DNA from: Eledone cirrhosa
Lineage: Eukaryota
Assembly: GCA_964016885.1 (NCBI GenBank)
Contig: OZ024742.1
Coordinates: 378,076,001-378,140,000 of the forward strand
Direction of reading: 5' to 3'
DNA: 64,000 nt
Made by a program: the position numbers and the translations under genes
In this document: positions 39,201 through 53,600 of the stretch, in pieces
How the letters are laid out: each line of letters begins with the position of its first letter
How positions within the stretch are numbered: position 1 is the stretch's first letter
The notes under the pieces: generated by a model
Database searches by the model: none
Told to the model about the DNA's origin: nothing
The model's input: the letters and a program-made list of their open reading frames with translations, nothing else

Positions 39201-42200
39201 CAAGTAGCAGAAGTAAAGATATGTTCTAGTATTCTGTAGAGATAGTTTAACAAGCGACAGAAGTAGAAATATGTTCTATGTTCTAGTCTTCTGTAGAGAT
39301 AGTTTAACAAGTGACAGAAGCAGAAATATGTTCTAGTCTTCTGTAGAGATAGTTTAACAAGTGACAGAAGTAGAAATATGTTCTAGTCTTCTGTAGAGAT
39401 AGTTTAACAAGGGACAGAAGTAGAAATATGTTCTAGTCTTCTGTAGAGATTGTTTAACAAGTGACAGATGTAGAAATATGTTCTAGTCTTCTGTAGAGAT
39501 TGTTTAACAAGTGACAGATGTAGAAATATGTTCTAGTCTTCTGTAGAGATAGTTTAACAAGTGACAGATTTAGAAATATGTTCTAGTCTTCTGTAGAGAT
39601 AGTTTAAAAAGGGACAGAAGTAGAAATATGTTCTAGTCTTCTGTAGAGATAGTTTAACAAGTGACAGATTTAGAAATATGTTCTAGTCTTCTGTAGAGAT
39701 AGTTTAAAAAGGGACAGAAGTAGAAATATGTTCTAGTCTTCTGTAGAGGTAGTTTAACGAGTGACAGAAGTAGAAATATGTTCTAGTCTTCAGTAGAGAT
39801 AGTTTAACAAGCGACAGAAGTAGAAATATGTTCTAGTCTTCTGTAGAGATAGTTTAACAAGTGACAGATTTAGAAATATGTTCTAGTCTTCTGTAGAGAT
39901 AGTTTAAAAAGCGACAGAAGAAGAAATATGTTCTAGTCTTCTGTAGAGATAGTTTAACAAGTAGCAGAAGTAAAAATATGTTCTAGTCTTCTGTAGAGAT
40001 AGTTTAACAAGCGACAGAAGTAGAAATATGTTCTATGTTCTAGTCTTCTGTAGAGATAGTTTAACAAGTGACAGAAGCAGAAATATGTTCTAGTCTTCTG
40101 TAGAGATAGTTTAACAAGTGACAATAGTAGAAATATGTTCTAGTCTTCTGCAGAGATAGTTTAACAAGGGACAGAAGTAGAAATATGTTCTAGTCTTCTG
40201 TAGAGATTGTTTAACAAGTGACAGATGTAGAAATATGTTCTAGTCTTCTGTAGAGATAGTTTAACAAGTGACAGAATTAGTAATATGTTCTAGCCTTCTG
40301 TAGAGATAGTTTAACAAGTGACAGAAGTAAGAATATGTTCTAGTCTTCTGTAGAGGTAGTTTAACAAGTGACACAAGTAGAAATATGTTATATGTTCTAG
40401 TCTTCTGTAGAGATAGTTTAACAATTGACAGAAGTAGAAATATGTTCTAGTCTTCTGTAGAGATAGTTTAACAAGTGACAGAAGTAGAAATATGTTCTAC
40501 TCTTCTGTAGAGGTAGTTTAACAAGTGACAGAAGTAGAAATATGTTCTAGTCTTCAGTAGAGATAGTTTAACAAGCGACAGAAGTAGAAATATGTTCTAG
40601 TCTTCTGTAGAGATAGTTTAACAAGTGACAGAAGTAGAAATATGTTCTTGTCTTCTGTAGAGGTAGTTTAACGAGTGACAGAAGTAGAAATATGTTCTAG
40701 TCTTCAGTAGAGATAGTTTAACAAGCGACAGAAGTAGAAATATGTTCTAGTCTTCTGTAGAGATAGTTTAACAAGTGACAGATTTAGAAATATGTTCTAG
40801 TCTTCTGTAGAGATAGTTTAAAAAGGGACAGAAGAAGAAATATGTTCTAGTCTTCTGTAGAGATAGTTTAACAAGTAGCAGAAGTAAAAATATGTTCTAG
40901 TCTTCTGTAGAGATAGTTTAACAAGCGACAGAAGTAGAAATATGTTCTATGTTCTAGTCTTCTGTAGAGATAGTTTAACAAGTGACAGAAGCAGAAATAT
41001 GTTCTAGTCTTCTGTAGAGATAGTTTAACAAGTGACAATAGTAGAAATATGTTCTAGTCTTCTGTAGAGATAGTTTAACAAGGGACAGAAGTAGAAATAT
41101 GTTCTAGTCTTCTGTAGAGATTGTTTAACAAGTGACAGATGTAGAAATATGTTCTAGTCTTCTGTAGAGATAGTTTAACAAGTGACAGAATTAGTAATAT
41201 GTTCTAGCCTTCTGTAGAGGTAGTTTAACAAGTGACACAAGTAGAAATATGTTATATGTTCTAGTCTTCTGTAGAGATAGTTTAACAATTGACAGAAGTA
41301 GAAATATGTTCTAGTCTTCTGTAGAGATAGTTTAACAAGTGACAGAAGTAGAAATATGTTCTACTCTTCTGTAGAGGTAGTTTAACAAGTGACAGAAGTA
41401 GAAATATGTTCTAGTCTTCTGTAGAGATAGTTTAACATGTGCCAGAAGTAGAAATATGTTCTAGTCTTCTGTAGAGATAGTTTAACAAGTGACAGAAGTA
41501 GAAATATGTTCTTGTCTTCTGTAGAGGTAGTTTAACGAGTGACAGAAGTAGAAATATGTTCTAGTCCTCTGTAGAGATAGTTTAACAAGTGACAGAAGTA
41601 GAAATATGTTCTACTCTTCTGTAGAGGTAGTTTAACAAGTGACAGAAGTAGAAATATGTTCTTGTCTTCTGTAGAGGTAGTTTAACGAGTGACAGAAGTA
41701 GAAATATGTTCTAGTCTTCAGTAGAGATAGTTTAACAAGCGACAGAAGTAGAAATATATTCTAGTCTTCTGTAGAGATAGTTTAACAAGTGACAGATTTA
41801 GAAATATGTTCTAGTCTTCTGTAGAGATAGTTTAAAAAGGGACAGAAGAAGAAATATGTTCTAGTCTTCTGTAGAGATAGTTTAACAAGTAGCAGAAGTA
41901 AAAATATGTTCTAGTCTTCTGTAGAGATAGTTTAACAAGCGACAGAAGTAGAAATATGTTCTATGTTCTAGTCTTCTGTAGAGATAGTTTAACAAGTGAC
42001 AGAAGCAGAAATATGTTCTAGTCTTCTGTAGAGATAGTTTAACAAGTGACAATAGTAGAAATATGTTCTAGTCTTCTGTAGAGATAGTTTAACAAGGGAC
42101 AGAAGTAGAAATATGTTCTAGTCTTCTGTAGAGATTGTTTAACAAGTGACAGATGTAGAAATATGTTCTAGTCTTCTGTAGAGATAGTTTAACAAGTGAC

Positions 42201-45200
42201 AGAATTAGTAATATGTTCTAGCCTTCTGTAGAGAAAGTTTAACAAGTGACAGAAGTAAAAATATGTTCTAGTCTTCTGTAGAGGTAGTTTAACAAGTGAC
42301 ACAAGTAGAAATATGTTCTATGTTCTAGTCTTCTGTAGAGATAGTTTAACAATTGACAGAAGTAGAAATATGTTCTAGTCTTCTGTAGAGATAGTTTAAC
42401 AAGTGACAGAAGTAGAAATATGTTCTACTCTTCTGTAGAGGTAGTTTAACAAGTGACAGAAGTAAAAATATGTTCTAGTCTTCTGTAGAGGTAGTTTAAC
42501 AAGTGACACAAGTAGAAATATGTTCTATGTTCTAGTCTTCTGTAGAGATAGTTTAACAATTGACAGAAGAAGAAATATGTTCTAGTCTTCTGTAGAGATA
42601 GTTTAACAAGTGACAGAAGTAAAAATATGTTCTAGTCTTCTGTAGAGGTAGTTTAACAAGTGACACAAGTAGAAATATGTTCTATGTTCTAGTCTTCTGT
42701 AGAGATAGTTTAACAATTGACAGAAGTAGAAATATGTTCTAGTCTTCTGTAGAGATAGTTTAACAAGTGACAGAAGTAGAAATATGTTCTACTCTTCTGT
42801 AGAGGTAGTTTAACAAGTGACAGAAGTAGAAATATGTTCTAGTCTTGTGTAGAGATAGTTTAACAAGTGACAGAAGTAGAAATATGTTCTAGTCTTCTGT
42901 AGAGATAGTTTAACATGTGACAGAAGTAGAAATATATTCTAGTCTTCTGTAGAGATAGTTTACCACGTGACAGGAGTAGAAATATGTTCTAGACTTCTGT
43001 AGAGATAGTTTAACAAGTGACAGAAGTAGAAATATGTTCTAGTCTTCTGTAGAGATAGTTTAACAAGTGACAGAAGTAGAAATATGTTCTAGTCTTCTGT
43101 AGAGATAGTTTAACATGTGACAGAAGTAGAAATATGTTCTTGTCTTCTGTAGAGGTAGTTTAACGAGTGACAGAAGTGGAAATATATTCTAGTCTTCTGT
43201 AGAGATAGTTTAACACGTGACAGGAGTAGAAATATGTTCTAGTCTTCTGTAGAGATAGTTTAACAAGTGACAGAAGTAGAAACAAGTCCTAGTCTTCTGT
43301 GGAGATAGTTTAACAAGTGACAGAAGTAGAAATATGTTCTTGTCTTCTGTAGAGGTAGTTTAACGAGTGACAGAAGTAGAAATATGTTCTAGTATTCAGT
43401 AGAGATAGTTTAACAAGCGACAAAAGTAGAAATATGTTCTAGTCATCTGTAGAGATAGTTTAACAAGTGACAGAAGTAGAAATATGTTCTAGTCTTCTGT
43501 AGAGATAGTTTAACAAGCGACAGAAGTAGAAATATGTTCTATGTTCTAGTCTTCTGTAGAGATAGTTTAACAAGGGACAGAAGTAGAAATATGTTCTAGT
43601 CTTCTGTAGAGATAGTGTAACAAGTGACAGAAGTAGAAATATTTTCTAGTCTTCTGTAGAGGTAGTTTAACAAGTGACAGATGTAGAAATATGTTCTAGT
43701 CTTCTGTAGAGACAGTTTAACAAGTAACAGAAGTAGAAATATGTTCTAGTCTTCTGTAGAGATAGTTTAACAAGTGACAGTAGTAGAAATATGTTCTAGT
43801 CTTCTGTAGAGATAGGTTAACAAGGGACAGAAGTAGAAATATGTTCTAGTCTTCTCTAGAGATTGTTTAACAAGTGACAGATGTAGAAGTATGTTCTAGT
43901 CTTCTGTAGAGATAGTTTAACAAGTGACAGAAGTAGAAATATGTTCTAGTCTTCTGTAGAGATAGTTTAACAAGTGATAGAAGTAGAAATATGTTCTAGT
44001 CTTCTGTAGAGATAGTTTAACAAGTAACAGATGTAGAAATATGTTCTAGTCTTCTGTAGAGATAGTTTAACAAGTGACAGAAGTAGAAATATGTTCTAGT
44101 CTTCTGTAGAGATAGTTTAACAAGTGACAGAAGTAGAAATATGTTCTAGTCTTCTGTAGAGATAGTTTAACATGTGACAGAAGTAGAAATATGTTCTTGT
44201 CTTCTGTAGAGGTAGTTTAACGAGTGACAGAAGTAGAAATATATTCTAGTCTTCTGTAGAGATTGTTTAACACGTGACAGGAGTAGAAATATGTTCTAGT
44301 CTTCTGTAGAGATAGTTTAACAAGTGACAGAAGTAGAAATATGTTCTAGTCTTCTGTAGAGATAGTTTAACAAGTGACAGATGTAGAAATATGTTCTAGT
44401 CTTCGGTAGAGATAGTTTAACATGTAACAGAAGTAGAAATATGTTCTAGTCTTCTGTAGAGATAGTTTAACAAGGGACAGAAGTAGAAATATGTTCTAGT
44501 CTTCTGTAGAGATAGTTTAACAAGGGACAGAAGTAGAAATATGTTCTAGTCTTCTGTAGAGATTGTTTAACAAGTGACAGATGTAGAAATATGTTCTAGT
44601 CTTCTGTAGAGATAGTTTAACAAGTGACAGATTTAGAAATATGTTCTAGTCTTCTGTAGAGATAGTTTAAAAAGGGACAGAAGTAGAAATATGTTCTAGT
44701 CTTCTGTAGAGATAGTTTAACAAGTGACAGATTTAGAAATATGTTCTAGTCTTCTGTAGAGATAGTTTAAAAAGGGACAGAAGTAGAAATATGTTCTAGT
44801 CTTCTGTAGAGATAGTTTAACAAGTAGCAGAAGTAAAAATATGTTCTAGTCTTCTGTAGAGATAGTTTAACAAGCGACAGAAGTAGAAATATGTTCTATG
44901 TTCTAGTCTTGTGTAGAGATAGTTTAACAAGTGACAGAAGTAGAAATATGTTCTAGTCTTCTGTAGAGATAGTTTAACACGTGACAGGAGTAGAAATATG
45001 TTCTAGTCTTCTGTAGAGGTAGTTTAACAAGTGACACAAGTAGAAATATGTTCTATGTTCTAGTCTTCTGTCGAGATAGTTTAACAAGTGACAGAAGTAG
45101 AAATATGTTCTAGTCTTCTGTAGAGATAGTTTAACACGTGACAGGAGTAGAAATATGTTCTAGTCTTCTGTAGAGGTAGTTTAACAAGTGACACAAGTAG

Positions 45201-47675
45201 AAATATGTTCTATGTTCTAGTCTTCTGTAGAGATAGTTTCACATGTGACAGAAGTAGAAATATGTTCTAGTCTTCTGTAGAGATAGTTCAACACGTGACA
45301 AGAGTAGAATTATGTTCTAGTCTTCTGTAGAGATAGTTTAACAAGTGAGAGAAGTAGAAATATGTTCTTGTCTTCTGTAGAGGTAGTTTAACGAGTGACA
45401 GAAGTAGAAATATGTTCTAGTCCTCTGTAGAGATAGTTTAACAAGCGACAGAAGTTGAAATATGTTCTATGTTCTAGTCTTCTGTAGAGATAGTTTAACA
45501 AGTGACAGAAGTAGAAATATGTTCTAGTCTTCTGTAGAGATAGTTTAACAAGTGACAGAAGTAGAAATATGTTCTAGTCTTCTGTAGAGATAGTTTAACA
45601 AGGGACAGAATTAGAAATATGTTCTAGTCTTCTGTAGAGATAGTTTAACAAGTGACAGAAGTAGAAATATGTTGTAGTCTTCTGTAGAGATAGTTTAACA
45701 AGTGACAGAAGTAGAAATATGCCATAGTCTTCTGTGGAGATAGTTTAACAAGTGACAGAAGTAGAAATATGTTCTAGTCTTCGGTAGAGATAGTTTAACA
45801 TGTAACAGAAGTAGAAATATGTTCTAGTCTTCTGTAGAGATAGTTTAACAAGGGACAGAAGTAGAAATATGTTCTAGTCTTCTGTAGAGATAGTTTAACA
45901 AGGGACAGAAGTAGAAATATGTTCTAGTCTTCTGTAGAGATTGTTTAACAAGTGACAGATGTAGAAATATGTTCTAGTCTTCTGTAGAGATAGGTTAACA
46001 AGTGACAGATTTAGAAATATGTTCTAGTCTTCTGTAGAGATAGTTTAAAAAGGGACAGAAGTAGAAATATGTTCTAGTCTTCTGTAGAGATAGTTTAACA
46101 AGTGACAGATTTAGAAATATGTTCTAGTCTTCTGTAGAGATAGTTTAAAAAGGGACAGAAGTAGAAATATGTTCTAGTCTTCTGTAGAGATAGTTTAACA
46201 AGTAGCAGAAGTAAAAATATGTTCTAGTCTTCTGTAGAGATAGTTTAACAAGCGACAGAAGTAGAAATATGTTCTATGTTCTAGTCTTGTGTAGAGATAG
46301 TTTAACAAGTGACAGAAGTAGAAATATGTTCTAGTCTTCTGTAGAGATAGTTTAACACGTGACAGGAGTAGAAATATGTTCTAGTCTTCTGTAGAGGTAG
46401 TTTAACAAGTGACACAAGTAGAAATATGTTCTATGTTCTAGTCTTCTGTCGAGATAGTTTAACAAGTGACAGAAGTAGAAATATGTTCTAGTCTTCTGTA
46501 GAGATAGTTTAACACGTGACAGGAGTAGAAATATGTTCTAGTCTTCTGTAGAGGTAGTTTAACAAGTGACACAAGTAGAAATATGTTCTATGTTCTAGTC
46601 TTCTGTAGAGATAGTTTCACATGTGACAGAAGTAGAAATATGTTCTAGTCTTCTGTAGAGATAGTTCAACACGTGACAAGAGTAGAATTATGTTCTAGTC
46701 TTCTGTAGAGATAGTTTAACAAGTGAGAGAAGTAGAAATATGTTCTTGTCTTCTGTAGAGGTAGTTTAACGAGTGACAGAAGTAGAAATATGTTCTAGTC
46801 CTCTGTAGAGATAGTTTAACAAGCGACAGAAGTTGAAATATGTTCTATGTTCTAGTCTTCTGTAGAGATAGTTTAACAAGTGACAGAAGTAGAAATATGT
46901 TCTAGTCTTGTGTAGAGATAGTTTAACAAGTGACAGAAGTAGAAATATGTTCTAGTCTTCTGTAGAGATAGTTTAACAAGGGACAGAATTAGAAATATGT
47001 TCTAGTCTTCTGTAGAGATAGTTTAACAAGTGACAGAAGTAGAAATATGTTGTAGTCTTCTGTAGAGATAGTTTAACAAGTGACAGAAGTAGAAATATGC
47101 CATAGTCTTCTGTGGAGATAGTTTAACAAGTGACAGAAGTAGAAATATGTTCTTGTCTTCTGTAGAGGTAGTTTAACGAGTGACAGAAGTAGAAATATGT
47201 TCTAGTCTTCAGTAGAGATAGTTTAACAAGCGACAGAAGTAGAAATATGTTCTAGTCTTCTGTAGAGATAGTTTAACAAGTGACAGATTTAGAAATATGT
47301 TCTAGTCTTCTGTAGAGATAGTTTAAAAAGGGACAGAAGAAGAAATATGTTCTAGTCTTCTGTAGAGATAGTTTAACAAGTAGCAGAAGTAAAGATATGT
47401 TCTAGTATTCCGTAGAGATAGTTTAACAAGCGACAGAAGTAGAAATATGTTCTATGTTCTAGTCTTCTGTAGAGATAGTTTAACAAGTGACAGAAGCAGA
47501 AATATGTTCTAGTCTTCTGTAGAGATAGTTTAACAAGTGACAATAGTAGAAATATGTTCTAGTCTTCTGTAGAGATAGTTTAACAAGGGACAGAAGTAGA
47601 AATATGTTCTAGTCTTCTGTAGAGATTGTTTAACAAGTGACAGATGTAGAAATATGTTCTAGTCTTCTGTAGAGA
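26931..47675 (+). repeat. Two copies of an 8176-bp unit; the first has an internal 4363-bp duplication and each has a 1378-bp (27-monomer) tandem duplication
   Basis: The T>C variant giving CTGCAGAG is at 27612, 31975 and 40151, and TTACCACG is at 30421, 34784 and 42960 (spacings 4363 and 8176). AAAGATATG is at 39215 and 47391 (8176). The AGTGAGAG monomer starts at 37160, 38538, 45336 and 46714 (1378 within pairs, 8176 between pairs). Boundaries are approximate. Confidence 0.9.
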
Positions 47676-50600
47676 TAGTTTAACAAGTGACAGAATTAGT
47701 AATATGTTCTAGCCTTCTGTAGAGATAGTTTAACAAGTGACAGAAGTAAAAATATGTTCTAGTCTTCTGTAGAGGTAGTTTAACAAGTGACACAAGCAGA
47801 AATATGTTCTATGTTCTAGTCTTCTGTCGAGATAGTTTAACAATTGACAGAAGTAGAAATATGTTCTAGTCTTCTGTAGAGATAGTTTAACAAGTGACAG
47901 AAGTAGAAATATGTTCTACTCTTCTGTAGAGGTAGTTTAACAAGTGACAGAAGTAGAAATATGTTCTAGTCTTCTGTAGAGATAGTTTAACATGTGCCAG
48001 AAGTAGAAATATGTTCTAGTCTTCTGTAGAGATAGTTTAACAAGTGACAGAAGTAGAAATATGTTCTAGTCTTCTGTAGAGATAGTTTAACATGTGACAG
48101 AAGTAGAAATATATTCTAGTCTTCTGTAGAGATAGTTTAACACGTGACAGAAGTAGAAATATGTTCTTGTCTTCTGCAGAGGTAGTTTAACGAGTGACAG
48201 AAGTGGAAATATATTCTAGTCTTCTGTAGAGATAGTTTAACACGTGACAGGAGTAGAAATATGTTCTAGTCTTCTGTAGAGATAGTTTAACAAGTGACAG
48301 AAGTAGAAACAAGTCCTAGTCTTCTGTGGAGATAGTTTAACAAGTGACAGAAGTAGAAATATGTTCTTGTCTTCTGTAGAGGTAGTTTAACGAGTGACAG
48401 AAGTAGAAATATGTTCTAGTATTCAGTAGAGATAGTTTAACAAGCGACAGATGTAGAAATATGTTCTAGTCTTCTGTAGAGATAGTTTAACAAGTGACAG
48501 AATTAGAAATATGTTCTAGTCTTTTGTAGAGATAGTTTAAAAAGGGACAGAAGTAGAAATATGTTCTAGTCATCTGTAGAGATAGTTTAACAAGTGACAG
48601 AAGTAGAAATATGTTCTAGTCTTCTGTAGAGATAGTTTAACAAGCGACAGAAGTAGAAATATGTTCTATGTTCTAGTCTTCTGTAGAGATAGTTTAACAA
48701 GGGACAGAAGTAGAAATATGTTCTAGTCTTCTGTAGAGATAGTTTAACAAGTGACAGAAGTAGAAATATTTTCTAGTCTTCTGTAGAGGTAGTTTAACAA
48801 GTGACAGATGTAGAAATATGTTCTAGTCTGCTGTAGAGATAGTTTAACAAGTAACAGATGTAGAAATATGTTCTAGTCTTCTGTAGAGATAGTTTAACAA
48901 GTGACAGAAGTAGAAATATGTTCTAGTCTTCTGTAGAGATAGTTTAACAAGTGACAGAAGTAGAAATATGTTCTAGTCTTCTGTAGAGATAGTTTAACAT
49001 GTGACAGAAGTAGAAATATGTTCTTGTCTTCTGTAGAGGTAGTTTAACGAGTGACAGAAGTAGAAATATATTCTAGTCGTCTGTAGAGATAGTTTAACAC
49101 GTGACAGAAGTAGAAATATGTTCTAGTCTTCTGTAGAGATAGTTTAACAAGTGACAGAAGTAGAAATATTTTCTAGTCTTCTGTAGAGGTAGTTTAACAA
49201 GTGACAGATGTAGAAATATGTTCTAGTCTTCTCTAGAGATTGTTTAACAAGTGATAGATGTAGAAATATGTTCTAGTCTTCTGTAGAGATAGTTTAACAA
49301 GTGACAGAAGTAGAAATATATTCTAGTCTTCTGTAGAGATAGTTTAACAAGTGACAGAAGTAGAAATATGTTCTAGTCTTCTGTAGAGATAGTTTAACAT
49401 GTAACAGATGTAGAAATATGTTCTAGTCTTCTGTAGAGATAGTTTAACAAGTGACAGAAGTAGAAATATGTTCTAGTCTTCTGTAGAGATAGTTTAACAA
49501 GTGACAGAAGTAGAAATATGTTCTAGTCTTCTGTAGAGATAGTGTAACATGTGACAGAAGTAGAAATATGTTCTTGTCTTCTGTAGAGGTAGTTTAACGA
49601 GTGACAGAAGTGGAAATATATTCTAGTCTTCTGTAGAGATAGTTTAACACGTGACAGAAGTAGAAATATGTTCTTGTCTTCTGCAGAGGTAGTTTAACGA
49701 GTGACAGAAGTGGAAATATATTCTAGTCTTCTGTAGAGATAGTTTAACACGTGACAGGAGTAGAAATATGTTCTAGTCTTCTGTAGAGATAGTTTAACAA
49801 GTGACAGAAGTAGAAACAAGTCCTAGTCTTCTGTAGAGATAGTTTAACACGTGACAGAAGTAGAAATATGTTCTTGTCTTCTGCAGAGGTAGTTTAACGA
49901 GTGACAGAAGTGGAAATATATTCTAGTCTTCTGTAGAGATAGTTTAACACGTGACAGGAGTAGAAATATGTTCTTGTCTTCTGTAGAGGTAGTTTAACGA
50001 GTGACAGAAGTAGAAATATATTCTAGTCTTCTGTAGAGATAGTTTAACACGTGACAGGAGTAGAAATATGTTCTAGTCTTCTGTAGAGATAGTTTAACAA
50101 GTGACAGAAGTAGAAATATGTCCTAGTCTTCAGTAGAGATAGTTTAACAAGTGACAGAAGTAGAAATATGTTCTTGTCTTCTGTAGACATAGTTTAACAA
50201 GTTACAGAATTAGAAATATGTTCTAGTCTTTTGTAGAGATAGTTTAAAAAGGGACAGAAGTAGAAATATGTTCTAGTCATCTGTAGAGATAGTTTAACAA
50301 GTGACAGAAGTATAAATATGTTCTAGTCTTCTGTAGAGATAGTTTAACAAGCGACAGAAGTAGAAATATGTTCTATGTTCTAGTCTTTTGTAGAGATAGT
50401 TTAACAAGTGACAGAAGTAGAAATATGTTCTAGTCTTCTGTAGAGATAGTTTAACAAGTGACAGAAGTAGAAATATGTTCTAGTCTTCTGTAGAGATAGT
50501 TTAACATGTGACAGAAGTAGAAATATGTTCTTGTCTTCTGTAGAGGTAGTTTAACGAGTGACAGAAGTAGAAATATATTCTAGTCTTCTGTAGAGATAGT

Positions 50601-53600
50601 TTAACACGTGACAGGAGTAGAAATATGTTCTAGTCGTCTTTAGAGATAGTTTAACAAGTGACAGAAGTAGAAATATGTCCTAGTCTTCTGTGGAGATAGT
50701 TTAACAAGTGACAGAAGTAGAAATATGTTCTTGTCTTCTGTAGAGGTAGTTTAACGAGTGACAGAAGTAGAAATATGTTCTAGTCTTCAGTAGAGATAGT
50801 TTAACAAGCGACAGAAGTAGAAATATGTTCTAGTCTTCTGTAGAGATAGTTTAACAAGTGACAGATTTAGAAATATGTTCTAGTCTTCTGTAGAGATAGT
50901 TTAAAAAGGGACAGAAGAAGAAATATGTTCTAGTCTTCTGTAGAGATAGTTTAACAAGTAGCAGAAGTAAAAATATGTTCTAGTATTCTGTAGAGATAGT
51001 TTAACAAGCGACAGAAGTAGAAATATGTTCTATGTTCTAGTCTTCTGTAGAGATAGTTTAACAAGTGACAGAAGCAGAAATATGTTCTAGTCTTCTGTAG
51101 AGATAGTTTAACAAGTGACAATAGTAGAAATATGTTCTAGTCTTCTGTAGAGATAGTTTAACAGGGGACAGAAGTAGAAATATGTTCTAGTCTTCTGTAG
51201 AGATTGTTTAACAAGTGACAGATGTAGAAATATGTTCTAGTCTTCTGTAGAGATAGTTTAACAAGTGACAGAATTAGTAATATGTTCTAGCCTTCTGTAG
51301 AGATAGTTTAACAAGTGACAGAAGTAAAAATATGTTCTAGTCTTCTGTAGAGGTAGTTTAACAAGTGACACAAGTAGAAATATGTTCTATGTTCTAGTCT
51401 TCTGTCGAGATAGTTTAACAATTGACAGAAGTAGAAATATGTTCTAGTCTTCTGTAGAGATAGTTTAACAAGTGACAGAAGTAGAAATATGTTCTACTCT
51501 TCTGTAGAGGTAGTTTAACAAGTGACAGAAGTAGAAATATGTTCTAGTCTTCTGTAGAGATAGTTTAACATGTGCCAGAAGTAGAAATATGTTCTAGTCT
51601 TCTGTAGAGATAGTTTAACAAGTGACAGAAGTAGAAATATGTTCTAGTCTTCTGTAGAGATAGTTTAACATGTGACAGAAGTAGAAATATATTCTAGTCT
51701 TCTGTAGAGATAGTTTAACACGTGACAGAAGTAGAAATATGTTCTTGTCTTCTGTAGAGGTAGTTTAACGAGTGACAGAAGTGGAAATATATTCTAGTCT
51801 TCTGTAGAGATAGTTTAACACGTGACAGGAGTAGAAATATGTTCTAGTCTTCTGTAGAGATAGTTTAACAAGTGACAGAAGTAGAAACAAGTCCTAGTCT
51901 TCTGTGGAGATAGTTTAACAAGTGACAGAAGTAGAAATATGTTCTAGTCTTCTGTAGAGATAGTTTAACAAGTGACAGATGTAGAAAGATGTTCTAGTCT
52001 TCTGTAGAGATAGTTTAACAAGTAACAGAAGTAGAAATATGTTCTAGTCTTCTGTAGAGATAGTTTAACAAGTGACAGTAGTAGAAATATGTTCTAGTCT
52101 TCTGTAGAGATGGTTTAACAAGGGACAGAAGTAGAAATAAGTTCTAGTCTTCTGTAGAGATAGTGTAACATGTGACAGAAGTAGAAATATGTTCTTGTCT
52201 TCTGTAGAGGTAGTTTAACGAGTGACAGAAGTAGAAATATATTCTAGTCTTCTGTAGAGATAGTTTAACACGTGACAGGAGTAGAAATATGTTCTAGTCT
52301 TCTGTAGAGATAGTTTAACAAGTGACAGAAGTAGAAATATGTCCTAGTCTTCAGTAGAGATAGTTTAACAAGTGACAGAAGTAGAAATATGTTCTTGTCT
52401 TCTGTAGACATAGTTTAACAAGTTACAGAATTAGAAATATGTTCTAGTCTTTTGTAGAGATAGTTTAAAAAGGGACAGAAGTAGAAATATGTTCTAGTCA
52501 TCTGTAGAGATAGTTTAACAAGTGACAGAAGTATAAATATGTTCTAGTCTTCTGTAGAGATAGTTTAACAAGCGACAGAAGTAGAAATATGTTCTATGTT
52601 CTAGTCTTTTGGAGAGATAGTTTAACAAGTGACAGAAGTAGAAATATGTTCTAGTCTTCTGTAGAGATAGTTTAACAAGTGACAGAAGTAGAAATATGTT
52701 CTAGTCTTCTGTAGAGATAGTTTAACATGTGACAGAAGTAGAAATATGTTCTTGTCTTCTGTAGAGGTAGTTTAACGAGTGACAGAAGTAGAAATATATT
52801 CTAGTCTTCTGTAGAGATAGTTTAACACGTGACAGGAGTAGAAATATGTTCTAGTCGTCTTTAGAGATAGTTTAACAAGTGACAGAAGTAGAAATATGTC
52901 CTAGTCTTCTGTGGAGATAGTTTAACAAGTGACAGAAGTAGAAATATGTTCTTGTCTTCTGTAGAGGTAGTTTAACGAGTGACAGAAGTAGAAATATGTT
53001 CTAGTCTTCAGTAGAGATAGTTTAACAAGCGACAGAAGTAGAAATATGTTCTAGTCTTCTGTAGAGATAGTTTAACAAGTGACAGAATTAGAAATATGTT
53101 CTAGTCTTTTGTAGAGATAGTTTAAAAAGGGACAGAAGTAGAAATATGTTCTAGTCATCTGTAGAGATAGTTTAACAAGTGACAGAAGTAGAAATATGTT
53201 CTAGTCTTCTGTAGAGATAGTTTAACAAGCGACAGAAGTAGAAATATGTTCTATGTTCTAGTCTTTTGTAGAGATAGTTTAACAAGTGACAGAAGTAGAA
53301 ATATGTTCTAGTCTTCTGTAGAGATAGTTTAACAAGTGACAGATGTAGAAATATGTTCTGGTCTTCTGTAGAGATAGTTTAACAAGTGACAGAAGTAGAA
53401 ATATGTTCTAGTCTTCTGTAGAGATAGTTTAACAAGTGACAGAAGTAGAAATATGTTCTAGTCTTCTGTAGAGATAGTTTAACAAGTAACAGATGTAGAA
53501 ATATGTTCTAGTCTTCTGAAGAGATAGTTTAACAAGTGACAGAAGTAGAAATATGTTCTAGTCTTCTGTAGAGATAGTTTAACAAGTGACAGAAGTAGAA

